From IMG/VR virus record IMGVR_UViG_3300032314_000223, positions 1 to 47,868 of that record: 47,868 nt of DNA; one strand, written 5' to 3'. The position numbers were made by a program, and so were the translations under genes. Numbering within the stretch: position 1 is the first letter of the stretch; each line of letters starts with the position of its first letter. This stretch comes from a virus (taxonomy: Duplodnaviria; Caudoviricetes). This document shows positions 1-8,490 of the stretch, piece by piece. A model generated the notes under the pieces. The model was not told where the DNA came from and searched no databases. It saw only the letters and a program-made list of their open reading frames with translations.

Positions 1-2
1 AT

Positions 3-725
3 CTATCTAATGAAAAAGAATTGATTAGAGAACTTCAACTAGCAGCTGCTGGTAGAGAAGCAATGAATGAAACTGCTGAGTTAAAAAAACTATTTAGTCA
101 AGAAATTGGAAGAATGAAGCAAGATCCTTGGGCTGTATTAGAAGAGCTAGGATTAAATCCTGATGAATTAGCTGAAATGAGAATTCAACAGCGTATTGAA
201 GAAATGAAAAAATCTCCTGAGCAAATTGAAAATGAGAAGATGAGAAAAGAACTAGATGATGCTAGAAAAAAACTTAAAGAAAGAGAAGAAAAAGAAGCAG
301 AATTTAGTAAGCGACAATTAGAAGATCAAGTAGCAAAAGAACTTGATGAACAAATCATACAAACTCTTGATGCTCATAAAGACATTAGCGCATCTCCTAA
401 AGTAGTAGGAAGAATCGCTGAAACAATGCTTTGGGCTATGGAAAATGGATTTGACGATGTTACACCAGAAGACGTCATACCTACTGTTAAAAATGAACTA
501 AGAAAAGAAATCAATGACTTACTTAGTAACTTACCTGAAGAGTTCTTAGAAGAGTATATTGGTCAAAAAAACGTAGAAAGAATGAGAAAAAAACGAGTAG
601 ATGCTGCAAAACAAGCAAAACAAGTAAATACTATTTCAAATGTTAAACCAAAAACTAATGAAGTTAAAAAAGAAGAAGAACCTAAGAAAAAAAGAAGTTT
701 AGAAGATTTTATGAGACTTTACTAA
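3..725 (+). CDS. putative capsid scaffolding protein (5'-truncated)
   Basis: Frame is open from the window edge; E/K-rich helical coiled coil with a basic C-terminal tail; lies directly before the capsid gene. Confidence 0.7.
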   Translation, partial: LSNEKELIRELQLAAAGREAMNETAELKKLFSQEIGRMKQDPWAVLEELGLNPDELAEMRIQQRIEEMKKSPEQIENEKMRKELDDARKKLKEREEKEAEFSKRQLEDQVAKELDEQIIQTLDAHKDISASPKVVGRIAETMLWAMENGFDDVTPEDVIPTVKNELRKEINDLLSNLPEEFLEEYIGQKNVERMRKKRVDAAKQAKQVNTISNVKPKTNEVKKEEEPKKKRSLEDFMRLY

Positions 726-730
726 AATTT

Positions 731-740
731 TAACAACTAT
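731..740 (+). promoter_or_regulatory. TAACAACTAT motif, candidate late promoter (capsid gene)
   Basis: Exact 10-mer repeated at 5 gene boundaries on the + strand. Confidence 0.6.
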
Positions 741-917
741 CAGTAGACGAGTGTAATAAGCCTACCCGTCTACATATAATTTTATTATTTAGCATTCATT
801 CCTCGGCTCATAATACCCAATCTTGGATTTATGATACCATATGTTAGTCTAAGTAGTTGAATTATTACAAATAAATGGCTAACAATAAACTTATAAATAA
901 TAAACGGAGATAGTCAC

Positions 918-2201
918 ATGGCTACTTTAGATCCTTCAAAAGCCAACACCCAGGCTTCATTAAATGGGTTATACAAAGAAGTATATCAAGATAAGATTAA
1001 TGACCTAGTTCCTTCGGTAACTAAGTTTTTAAACCTTGTTAAATTTTCTAAAGGCGATAAGCAATTAGGTCTTAACTTCAATGAGCCGGTAATTATCGGT
1101 TTAGAAGGTGGAGTTACTTACGGTGGAAGTGAAGGCGAAGCTTTTGCTCTTAACCAAATCGTTTCTTTTCCAATGAAAAATGCTTCAATTAAAGGTTACG
1201 AAATCGTATTACGTTCTGCGATTTCTGTTGGTGCAGCTTCAAGAGCTTCTTCTAGCAAGAACTCTTTCGAAAGAGGTACTAAGCTTTTAGTTGGAAATAT
1301 GATGAAATCTATGTACCATAGACTTGAATGTGCTATGTTATACGGACAAAAACACTTAGCTGAAGTTGATTCTGTTACTGGTTCTGGTAACATTAGCTTT
1401 GTAGTTGAAGATTATGAATGGGCATCTGGTATCTGGTTAGGTATGACTGGACACTCAATTGACATTTTAGATACAACTTTGGCAACTTTAAGAGGAAGTT
1501 TCAAAATTGTTTCTGTTGATGTTGAAGCAAAAAAAATTACTACAGCTTCAGATCTTACTGCTGCTGGCGTAGTTGCTACTGATAAAGTATTTTTCAGTGG
1601 TGCAGTAGTTGCTGGAGCGACTCCTGAATATAAAGAGCAAATTGGATTGCATAAAATTGCTGAAATTAGATCTTCTCTTTTCGGTATCAATAACTCTGCA
1701 GAACCTCTATTTCAAGGTAACATCATCAATGTTGGAGCTTCTTTAGCTTCTCCAGCGGTTCTTTCTTTTGATAAAATCGAAGAAGGTGTTGCTGCTGCTG
1801 TTGAAAAAGGTCTTGGCGAAGAAGAAATGACAGTATTAGTTTCTCCTAAGTCTTGGAAAAACCTTTTAACTGAACAATCTGCTAAGAGATCTTACGATCA
1901 ATCTTACAATAGTTCTCAATTAGAAAATGGTTCTAAGTCATTGAAATTCTACGGACAGAATGGTATGATTAAGATTATCGCTTCTTCTTACATTAAAGCA
2001 GGATTTGCTTATATTTTCTGTGAGAAAGAATTGGTAAGAATTGGTTCTACAGATGTAACTTTCGATCCACCTGGATACGAAGACGAATTCTTTAAACTTC
2101 TTGAAAATGCAAATGGTTACGAAATGAGATGTTATTCTGATCAAGCTCTTTTCACAACTAGACCTTCTTGTATTTCGATCCTTAGATACATCAAAGACTA
2201 A
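918..2201 (+). CDS. major capsid protein
   Basis: 427 aa after the scaffold; N-terminal LNGLYKEVY helix and C-terminal YEMRCYSDQALFTTRP strand typical of HK97-fold coats; SD GGAGA at 906-910; followed by a terminator. Confidence 0.8.
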   Translation: MATLDPSKANTQASLNGLYKEVYQDKINDLVPSVTKFLNLVKFSKGDKQLGLNFNEPVIIGLEGGVTYGGSEGEAFALNQIVSFPMKNASIKGYEIVLRSAISVGAASRASSSKNSFERGTKLLVGNMMKSMYHRLECAMLYGQKHLAEVDSVTGSGNISFVVEDYEWASGIWLGMTGHSIDILDTTLATLRGSFKIVSVDVEAKKITTASDLTAAGVVATDKVFFSGAVVAGATPEYKEQIGLHKIAEIRSSLFGINNSAEPLFQGNIINVGASLASPAVLSFDKIEEGVAAAVEKGLGEEEMTVLVSPKSWKNLLTEQSAKRSYDQSYNSSQLENGSKSLKFYGQNGMIKIIASSYIKAGFAYIFCEKELVRIGSTDVTFDPPGYEDEFFKLLENANGYEMRCYSDQALFTTRPSCISILRYIKD

Positions 2202-2230
2202 TTCACTTAGTCTTATCTAAATTATATCGG

Positions 2231-2257
2231 GCCCCAGTGCAATGCTGGGGCTTTTTT
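2231..2257 (+). terminator. rho-independent terminator
   Basis: GCCCCAG-TGCAATG-CTGGGGC followed by T6. Confidence 0.9.
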
Positions 2258-2275
2258 ATACACTTTCACCTTATT

Positions 2276-2285
2276 TAACAACTAT
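2276..2285 (+). promoter_or_regulatory. TAACAACTAT motif, candidate late promoter
   Basis: Just downstream of the capsid terminator and 30 nt before the ATG at 2315. Confidence 0.6.
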
Positions 2286-2314
2286 TAAATAGACGACACT
2301 ATAGGATAATACTC

Positions 2315-2779
2315 ATGCCAAAAACACTTCAAATCGGTAATGAAAGCTTTGAATATCCTTTGCAAGGGGATGGTAATTACGGAGAAGAAGCTACCGCATG
2401 GGCTGAAGCCGTAACCAATTCCCTACAAACCGTTCAAGGTTCCGAAGACATTCTATTAACTGAAGCAATTCTTAATAACGGAAGCTCTGGCAACGTAAGC
2501 GGACTTTCTTTTGACGTTGGCATAGTTAAACAAGTAAACGTTGAAGGATTTATCAATAGAACATACTCAGACGCAACTCCTACAGAATCCGAAGCATTCA
2601 ATGCGATAGGAGCATACAACGGAACAACATTTAATGTTAGTTTAGACTATACAGGAAACAATACTGGTGTTATACTAGATTGTAGTAATTCTGGACAGTT
2701 TACTTATACAGCAGAATCAAAGGCAAATACTAATACAATTACTATAAAATTTAAAGCTAAAGCAATAGTACAAGAATAG
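2315..2779 (+). CDS. virion structural protein, paralogous to the C-terminal domain of 10809..11327
   Basis: Beta-rich; NVSGLSF...SGQFTYT...IKFKAKAI versus NVTGFAF...AGQIQYT...IKFRAQVT. Confidence 0.55.
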   Translation: MPKTLQIGNESFEYPLQGDGNYGEEATAWAEAVTNSLQTVQGSEDILLTEAILNNGSSGNVSGLSFDVGIVKQVNVEGFINRTYSDATPTESEAFNAIGAYNGTTFNVSLDYTGNNTGVILDCSNSGQFTYTAESKANTNTITIKFKAKAIVQE

Positions 2780-2788
2780 AGGTAATAA

Positions 2789-5700
2789 ATGGCTAAAATA
2801 TCAAAACGTTTCGATAAAGGGATCGTGTTACGTCCCACAACAACGACTACCTCAGTATCTGGAGAACTATCAGTAAATAGTTCAGATAACGAGTTAAAGG
2901 CGTATCTAAACGGTGCCGAGCGGTCTGTAGTAACTAAAGATCAATCGCAAACTTTAACTAATAAAACAATAGATGTAGATAATAACACAGTTTCTAATAT
3001 AGAAGTTGATAATTTAAAATCTGGAGTTCTTAATACTTCAACATCATTAACCGGAGCGAGCAATACTCAAGTTCCCTCAGCTCTTGCTACAAAAACATAT
3101 GTTGATAATGCGGTTGCCGGAAAAGATGCAGCAAACGAGATTTCATATAGCAATGCTACTTCAGGATTAGCTGCAACAAATGTTCAAACAGCAATTGATG
3201 AAGTAGAAGCATCTAAAGATGCATTAGTTACATTATCTGGAGTTGCTTTAAATGCAACTAACCTAGGTACATTCACGGGTTCTACTATTGCTGATAACCA
3301 AACAAATAAACAAGCACTACAAGCCTTAGAAACATCTGTTGAAACAAAAGCAGATTCTTCAGTTGTTACTGAAATAGATCAAAATGTTAATGACTTAATA
3401 TCTCTTTCTGGAATTGCTGAAAATGTTACAACATTGGGAACTTTTACAGGAACCACTATTCCTGATAGCAGCACAATAAAAGCTGCTTTACAATCGTTGG
3501 AAACATCTGTTGAAACAAAAGAAACTACAACAGTAGTTGCTGAAATAGATCAAAATGTTAATGACTTAATAACTCTTTCTGGCGTTGCTGAGAATGCAAC
3601 AAATTTAGGTACTTTTACTGGAACAACAATTGCAGATAATACAACAGTTAAAGCTGCTCTTCAATCTTTAGAAACTTCAGTAGAAACTAAAGCTACAGGA
3701 GCTGCGTCAAGTACTGATAATGCAATTGTTAGATTTGACTCTACTACAGGTAAAGTAATTCAAAATTCAGTAGTAACAATCGATGATACAGGAATTGCAA
3801 CAGGATTTACACAATTAAATGTTGATAATTTACGATTAGACGGAAATACATTAAGCACTACTGATACAAATGGAAGTTTAGAAGTATCTCCAAATGGTGT
3901 CGGAGGAATTAACCTAAATAATGATACTAGATTCTTAAAAAAATTATCTACACAAATTACATCAGATTCCGCTACTGGAGCAAATGCAACATTAACTGCT
4001 CCAACTACAAAGATGATTCGTTTAACAAATGCATCACTTACTTCAATCGATATGATACCAGCTGGAGGAATTGGAGAACATTTAACTATAATTAACTCTA
4101 CCGGAAACTCTATAGTTATTAATGATAATACTGGAGCAACTGCTGCTAATAGAATTCTTACTGGACAAAAATCAAATATAACTCTTAAAGATGAAGCTTC
4201 TTTACATCTTGAGTACGATAATTCTGAATCAAGATGGATGGTAATTGGCGGTGTAGGAAGTTCTGCATCTAGTTCAGGAATTAACTACTTATCAACAAAT
4301 CCAGATTTTGAAGTAAATGCTACTGGATATTCAGCTTATGCAGATGCAGCAGGAACAAGTCCTGTTGACGGTACTGGAGGATCTCCATCTACAACAATAG
4401 TTAGATCTACTTCTACACCACTTAGAGGAACAGCTTCAGGACTATGGTCTAAATCTGCCGCAAATAGACAAGGTGAAGGATTTTCATACGCTTTTACAAT
4501 TGATACTGCAGACCAAGCAAAAGTTCTTGAAATTTCTTATGACTATACAACAAGTGCAAATTTTGTTGATGCGGACATGAGAATGTTTATATATGATGTT
4601 ACAAATGCAGTAATTATTGAACCATCTCAAAGGGATATTCAAGCAAATGCCGGACAAGGTAAATATTTAGGTTATTTTCAAGCAGCAAGCAACTCATTAA
4701 GCTATAGAGTTATTTGGCATGTAGCTTCTACATCAGCACTTGCTTATGATTTTAAACTAGATAATGTAAAAGTTGGACCTCCCAGCGTTGCAACAAATAC
4801 AAAAGCAGCAGCTTGTAAAATATATTTAGGAACTTCTAATCAAACTGTATCTGCATCTACAGAAACTACAGTAACATTAAATGCTACTAAATTCGATACA
4901 GCAGGAATGGCAACATTAGCATCAAATGGAATCACAATTCCAGAATCTGGATTATACTATCTCAATACAAATATAAATTATTTAAATCTAACTGCTGATG
5001 AAAGATTGACCGTACGAATAAAAAATGGATCTACTGTTCTTGCGTATATGGATAAGACAGATACTTTATCAACAACATCGGCAACAATAGGTTCGGCAAC
5101 ATTGGCCCAACTTAATAAAGGTGATGTAATAACTGTTACTGTAGATTCTCAAGCAGATACTTCATATAATATAGCGTTTAGTGGAACAGAAGCATCGTTT
5201 TCATATTTAGAAGCAGCATTAATTAAATCAGATGCGGCTTCGATATCAAACTCTGCAATAGCATTTAAAGTATATCTAAATACTGCAGCTAACCATACTT
5301 CTTCTGGATCATTTCAAATAGTTCCTTTAGATACAGTTCAGTATGATACTGCTGGAGGATTTAATGCTGCAAATAATAGATGGGAAGCTCCAGAAAGTGG
5401 ATATTATTTCCTTTCTAGTACCGTAACATTTACATCTATAGCAGATACTAATGCTGTACTTCCTACTATTTTTGTAAATGGAACAACTACAGCAATGCAA
5501 GGAACTGTATACAGAATGGGCGGAACTGGAGTATGTCGAAGTAATGTTAACGGAATTCATTTTTTAAATAAAGGCGATTACGTACAAGCCAGAATACGAC
5601 AAGATGATTCTGCCTCTGAAGCTTATACAACTGGATCAGATGCAACATATTTTTCTGGATTTAAAATTGCACAAGCATCTGGAGTAGTTGCCCCAACTGA

Positions 5701-6139
5701 AGTTGTTTATGCTAAATATAATACAAATGCTGGACAATCGATTACAAATAGTTCAGGAACATTTAATGTTGTAGATTTTGAAGATAAAATTACAGACACA
5801 CACAGTGCTGTAACTACTGGAAGTTCTTGGAAATTTACAGCTCCAATTACTGGATACTATCAAGTTAATTGTTCTTTAGAGTTTGCTTCTTCGGCTTGGA
5901 CAACTGGAGATGGGTTAAGAATTTCCGTATCTAAAGATTTGGGTGTAAATATTTTTGCAAATATGATGACTTCTTGGCCATCAACTTTTACAGGATCTTT
6001 AGGAATGTGGGGATCTACTGCTGTTGAAATGCTTAAAGGAGAAACGATTACAATAGGAATTTTAGCAGTTAGAACTGGTGGGTCTACAAATTTAAGAACT
6101 ATTGCATCAAGAAATGAAGTTAGTATTTTCAAGATTTAA
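2789..6139 (+). CDS. fibre/receptor-binding protein with 57-aa repeats and three C-terminal C1q/TNF-like domains
   Basis: T/S/N/A-rich; three units with DT.....n..ftAP.sGyY.....v patterns (ITIPESGLYY, WEAPESGYYF, FTAPITGYYQ). Confidence 0.75.
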   Translation: MAKISKRFDKGIVLRPTTTTTSVSGELSVNSSDNELKAYLNGAERSVVTKDQSQTLTNKTIDVDNNTVSNIEVDNLKSGVLNTSTSLTGASNTQVPSALATKTYVDNAVAGKDAANEISYSNATSGLAATNVQTAIDEVEASKDALVTLSGVALNATNLGTFTGSTIADNQTNKQALQALETSVETKADSSVVTEIDQNVNDLISLSGIAENVTTLGTFTGTTIPDSSTIKAALQSLETSVETKETTTVVAEIDQNVNDLITLSGVAENATNLGTFTGTTIADNTTVKAALQSLETSVETKATGAASSTDNAIVRFDSTTGKVIQNSVVTIDDTGIATGFTQLNVDNLRLDGNTLSTTDTNGSLEVSPNGVGGINLNNDTRFLKKLSTQITSDSATGANATLTAPTTKMIRLTNASLTSIDMIPAGGIGEHLTIINSTGNSIVINDNTGATAANRILTGQKSNITLKDEASLHLEYDNSESRWMVIGGVGSSASSSGINYLSTNPDFEVNATGYSAYADAAGTSPVDGTGGSPSTTIVRSTSTPLRGTASGLWSKSAANRQGEGFSYAFTIDTADQAKVLEISYDYTTSANFVDADMRMFIYDVTNAVIIEPSQRDIQANAGQGKYLGYFQAASNSLSYRVIWHVASTSALAYDFKLDNVKVGPPSVATNTKAAACKIYLGTSNQTVSASTETTVTLNATKFDTAGMATLASNGITIPESGLYYLNTNINYLNLTADERLTVRIKNGSTVLAYMDKTDTLSTTSATIGSATLAQLNKGDVITVTVDSQADTSYNIAFSGTEASFSYLEAALIKSDAASISNSAIAFKVYLNTAANHTSSGSFQIVPLDTVQYDTAGGFNAANNRWEAPESGYYFLSSTVTFTSIADTNAVLPTIFVNGTTTAMQGTVYRMGGTGVCRSNVNGIHFLNKGDYVQARIRQDDSASEAYTTGSDATYFSGFKIAQASGVVAPTEVVYAKYNTNAGQSITNSSGTFNVVDFEDKITDTHSAVTTGSSWKFTAPITGYYQVNCSLEFASSAWTTGDGLRISVSKDLGVNIFANMMTSWPSTFTGSLGMWGSTAVEMLKGETITIGILAVRTGGSTNLRTIASRNEVSIFKI
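3218..3693 (+). repeat. ~3 tandem 171-bp (57-aa) coding repeats
   Basis: LSG.A.N.T.LGTFTG.TI.D..T.K.ALQ.LETSVETK three times; DNA ctgaaatagatcaaaatgttaatgacttaata at 3369 and 3540. Confidence 0.9.
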
Positions 6140-6153
6140 TTAAGGAATAATAT

Positions 6154-6558
6154 ATGTTTAAAGTTACTTTACAAAATTTACTAGACAATAGACAATGGAG
6201 CGGAAGTTTTGAATCAGAAGAATTGGCAAATAGCTGGTTATCTGAACAAAAACTTAAACTAGGACGTTTAGACATTAGAGTTGTTCCAATAAGCGATTCA
6301 TATAGACAAGAAGATGTACTAGAGATAATTGAAAGTGAAATAGATGGACAGATGATTCAAACCCATGTGAGATTAGCAGCTCAAGCTAGTTACAGTGTTG
6401 AAGACATTAGTTCTCAAGTAGCATCAGATTTAGCAAAAGCTAATGCTAGAAAATATTTAGCAGATACAGATTGGTATGCTATTAGAAAAGCAGATACAGG
6501 AACGGCAATTCCTTCAGAAATAAGTGCTCTACGTCAAGCGGCCAGAGATTTATTATAA
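6154..6558 (+). CDS. putative fibre assembly chaperone
   Basis: C-terminal YLADTDWY..RK..TG..IP......RQAAR motif; directly follows the fibre gene. Confidence 0.6.
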   Translation: MFKVTLQNLLDNRQWSGSFESEELANSWLSEQKLKLGRLDIRVVPISDSYRQEDVLEIIESEIDGQMIQTHVRLAAQASYSVEDISSQVASDLAKANARKYLADTDWYAIRKADTGTAIPSEISALRQAARDLL

Positions 6559-6571
6559 GGTTATATAGACA

Positions 6572-7084
6572 ATGTTCTATATTAAAATAAAAGAGATAGA
6601 AACTGATAAAATAACTATTATAAATTTTGAGAATAAAGAAGAAGCTCTTTTATATAGAAATTATCATTGTAAATTTGACGCTTGGGATAAAAAAGAAACT
6701 TGGATAGCTGAAGAGTTTTTAAACCCAAACTACATAAAGCTAATTGCGGAAGAGAAAGAAATTGAGATGCTTAACTCAAAAAAAGAAGCAGTAAAAAAGA
6801 AATATTATAAAATAGTTCCTAAGTTCTATTTTGTAGAAGATAACTTGGGAAAAAATGTACTAGAGTTATTTTGGGATAATTTAAGGCTAGATAGAAATCA
6901 ATTGCTTAGCAAGACAGATTGGACTCAACTAGCTGATAATAAAATAGATACTAAAAATAAACAACTATATAGAGAATATAGGGATTATTTAAGGGATCTT
7001 CCTAAGAATTATAACGACGATAGTATATCTAAGTATCGAATAATGAACTTTGAAGATTGGTTTAAATTTAAATATATAAAATAG
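6572..7084 (+). CDS. phage tail assembly chaperone (Phage_tail_APC-like)
   Basis: LRLDRNQLLSKTDWTQLAD...YRDYLRDLP motif. Confidence 0.75.
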   Translation: MFYIKIKEIETDKITIINFENKEEALLYRNYHCKFDAWDKKETWIAEEFLNPNYIKLIAEEKEIEMLNSKKEAVKKKYYKIVPKFYFVEDNLGKNVLELFWDNLRLDRNQLLSKTDWTQLADNKIDTKNKQLYREYRDYLRDLPKNYNDDSISKYRIMNFEDWFKFKYIK

Positions 7085-7091
7085 GATTAAT

Positions 7092-7457
7092 ATGGGATTT
7101 GTTCTTGACAGCATAATTAAGCTAATAGTTTTAGATGGCCCACAATCTATTAATTCAACTTTTACTAGCGATGTAGTGGATTTAGATAATAGAGAAGGCG
7201 AATTTAGTGTAACAGTATCATATGATGGTGGAATATCTTTAAATATGACTACATCAATTGAACTCAGTAATACTCCTGAAAATAGCGGCAGTTGGGTACA
7301 ATTAGAAGATTCTGATTTAATTCAAACAGACGCTTCTGGAACAATTGTTTATGATATACAAGGAACGGGACTTTCCTATATGAGAATTAAAATTGTAGTT
7401 GCATCAGGATCTTGCAATTTACAATCAATACTCTATGTTGCTAAACGTAGACATTAA
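7092..7457 (+). CDS. small beta-sandwich structural protein
   Basis: 121 aa, alternating beta pattern, IELSN...W and YMRIKI elements; structural context. Confidence 0.5.
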   Translation: MGFVLDSIIKLIVLDGPQSINSTFTSDVVDLDNREGEFSVTVSYDGGISLNMTTSIELSNTPENSGSWVQLEDSDLIQTDASGTIVYDIQGTGLSYMRIKIVVASGSCNLQSILYVAKRRH

Positions 7458-7466
7458 GGAAAAGAA

Positions 7467-7847
7467 ATGGCTCAGCAATATAAAAGAATATTGATATCGA
7501 CTGGTGGAGGCGGAGGCGGAAGTCCTTCTGATGCAATAAATGTTGATTATGATAATGCATCATCGGGAATGTCGGCCACCAATGTTCAGTCTGCTATTGA
7601 TGAATTAAAAAGTTTAGAATATAAACCTAGACCTATATATACATTAACTGGGTCAGATATTATAGCAGGATCAGTATCATTAGTTATAACTCCTAGCAAT
7701 CCAACTTTGACTAGATTAACAGTTGGGGGAATTAGACATGAATACGGTACTGATTTTATAGTATCAGGATCAACATTAAGTTGGTCAGGATTAGGATTAT
7801 CAGGAATATTAGAAGCTGGTGATAAATTACAAATAGAAATAAAATAA
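7467..7847 (+). CDS. structural protein with NVQ.AIDE module and a C-terminal domain shared with 8491..10725
   Basis: Gly linker, DAINVDYDNASSGMSATNVQSAIDEL; TLTGSDI...GG..E.G.D..VS...GDKL. Confidence 0.6.
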   Translation: MAQQYKRILISTGGGGGGSPSDAINVDYDNASSGMSATNVQSAIDELKSLEYKPRPIYTLTGSDIIAGSVSLVITPSNPTLTRLTVGGIRHEYGTDFIVSGSTLSWSGLGLSGILEAGDKLQIEIK

Positions 7848-7848
7848 T

Positions 7849-8487
7849 ATGATAGTATATAAGATTACTAATTTATTAAATGGAAAAAGATACATAGGAC
7901 AGACTGTTAATTCTATAGAAAAAAGATTTAAAGATCATAGCAATCTTAATAACAAATGTCATATCGGAAGAGCAATAAGAAAGTACGGAAAAGAAAATTT
8001 TAAAATAGAGATAGTTTGTAGAGCAGATACCTTGAAAGAATTGAATGAAAGAGAAGAGAGTTTAATAAGATTATATAAAACTCTTAGACCGAATGGGTAC
8101 AACATAGCTCTTGGCGGAAGTAATAAAGGAAGGGTTATTAGTCCTATGAAAGGACGAAAACATTCCGAAGAAACTAAAAAGTTAATGTCAAAAAGAGCTA
8201 TGGGGAAAAAACATAGCGAACAAACAAAACTAAGACTATCAAAAGTCAAGAAAGGCATAAAACTTAGTAGTGAACACATAGAAAAATTAAGAATAGTTAG
8301 AACTGGAAAACATAATGCAGGAAATAAAATCATAGATTTAAATACAGGGAAGATTTTTAAATCAGTTACTATTGCAGCAAAAGAACTAGGAACGGCTAGA
8401 AGAAATTTAGTCAGATGGCTAAATACTAATATAAAACAATCCATAACCAATGCTAATATAAAAATAGCATATTATAAAGAGGAATAA
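7849..8487 (+). CDS. GIY-YIG homing endonuclease (NUMOD3 repeats), free-standing
   Basis: IVYKITNLLNGKRYIGQT, GYN, repeated G.KHSE.TK motifs, C-terminal TGKIFKS..AAKELG helix-turn-helix. Confidence 0.92.
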   Translation: MIVYKITNLLNGKRYIGQTVNSIEKRFKDHSNLNNKCHIGRAIRKYGKENFKIEIVCRADTLKELNEREESLIRLYKTLRPNGYNIALGGSNKGRVISPMKGRKHSEETKKLMSKRAMGKKHSEQTKLRLSKVKKGIKLSSEHIEKLRIVRTGKHNAGNKIIDLNTGKIFKSVTIAAKELGTARRNLVRWLNTNIKQSITNANIKIAYYKEE

Positions 8488-8490
8488 CTT

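Noticed and set aside
726-917. tRNA or known riboswitch in the capsid leader
   Set aside because: No cloverleaf, T-loop GTTC or recognisable aptamer; kept only as an unknown structured leader
2190-2230. Capsid C-terminal frameshift or readthrough extension
   Set aside because: No slippery heptamer; another in-frame stop and a terminator follow immediately
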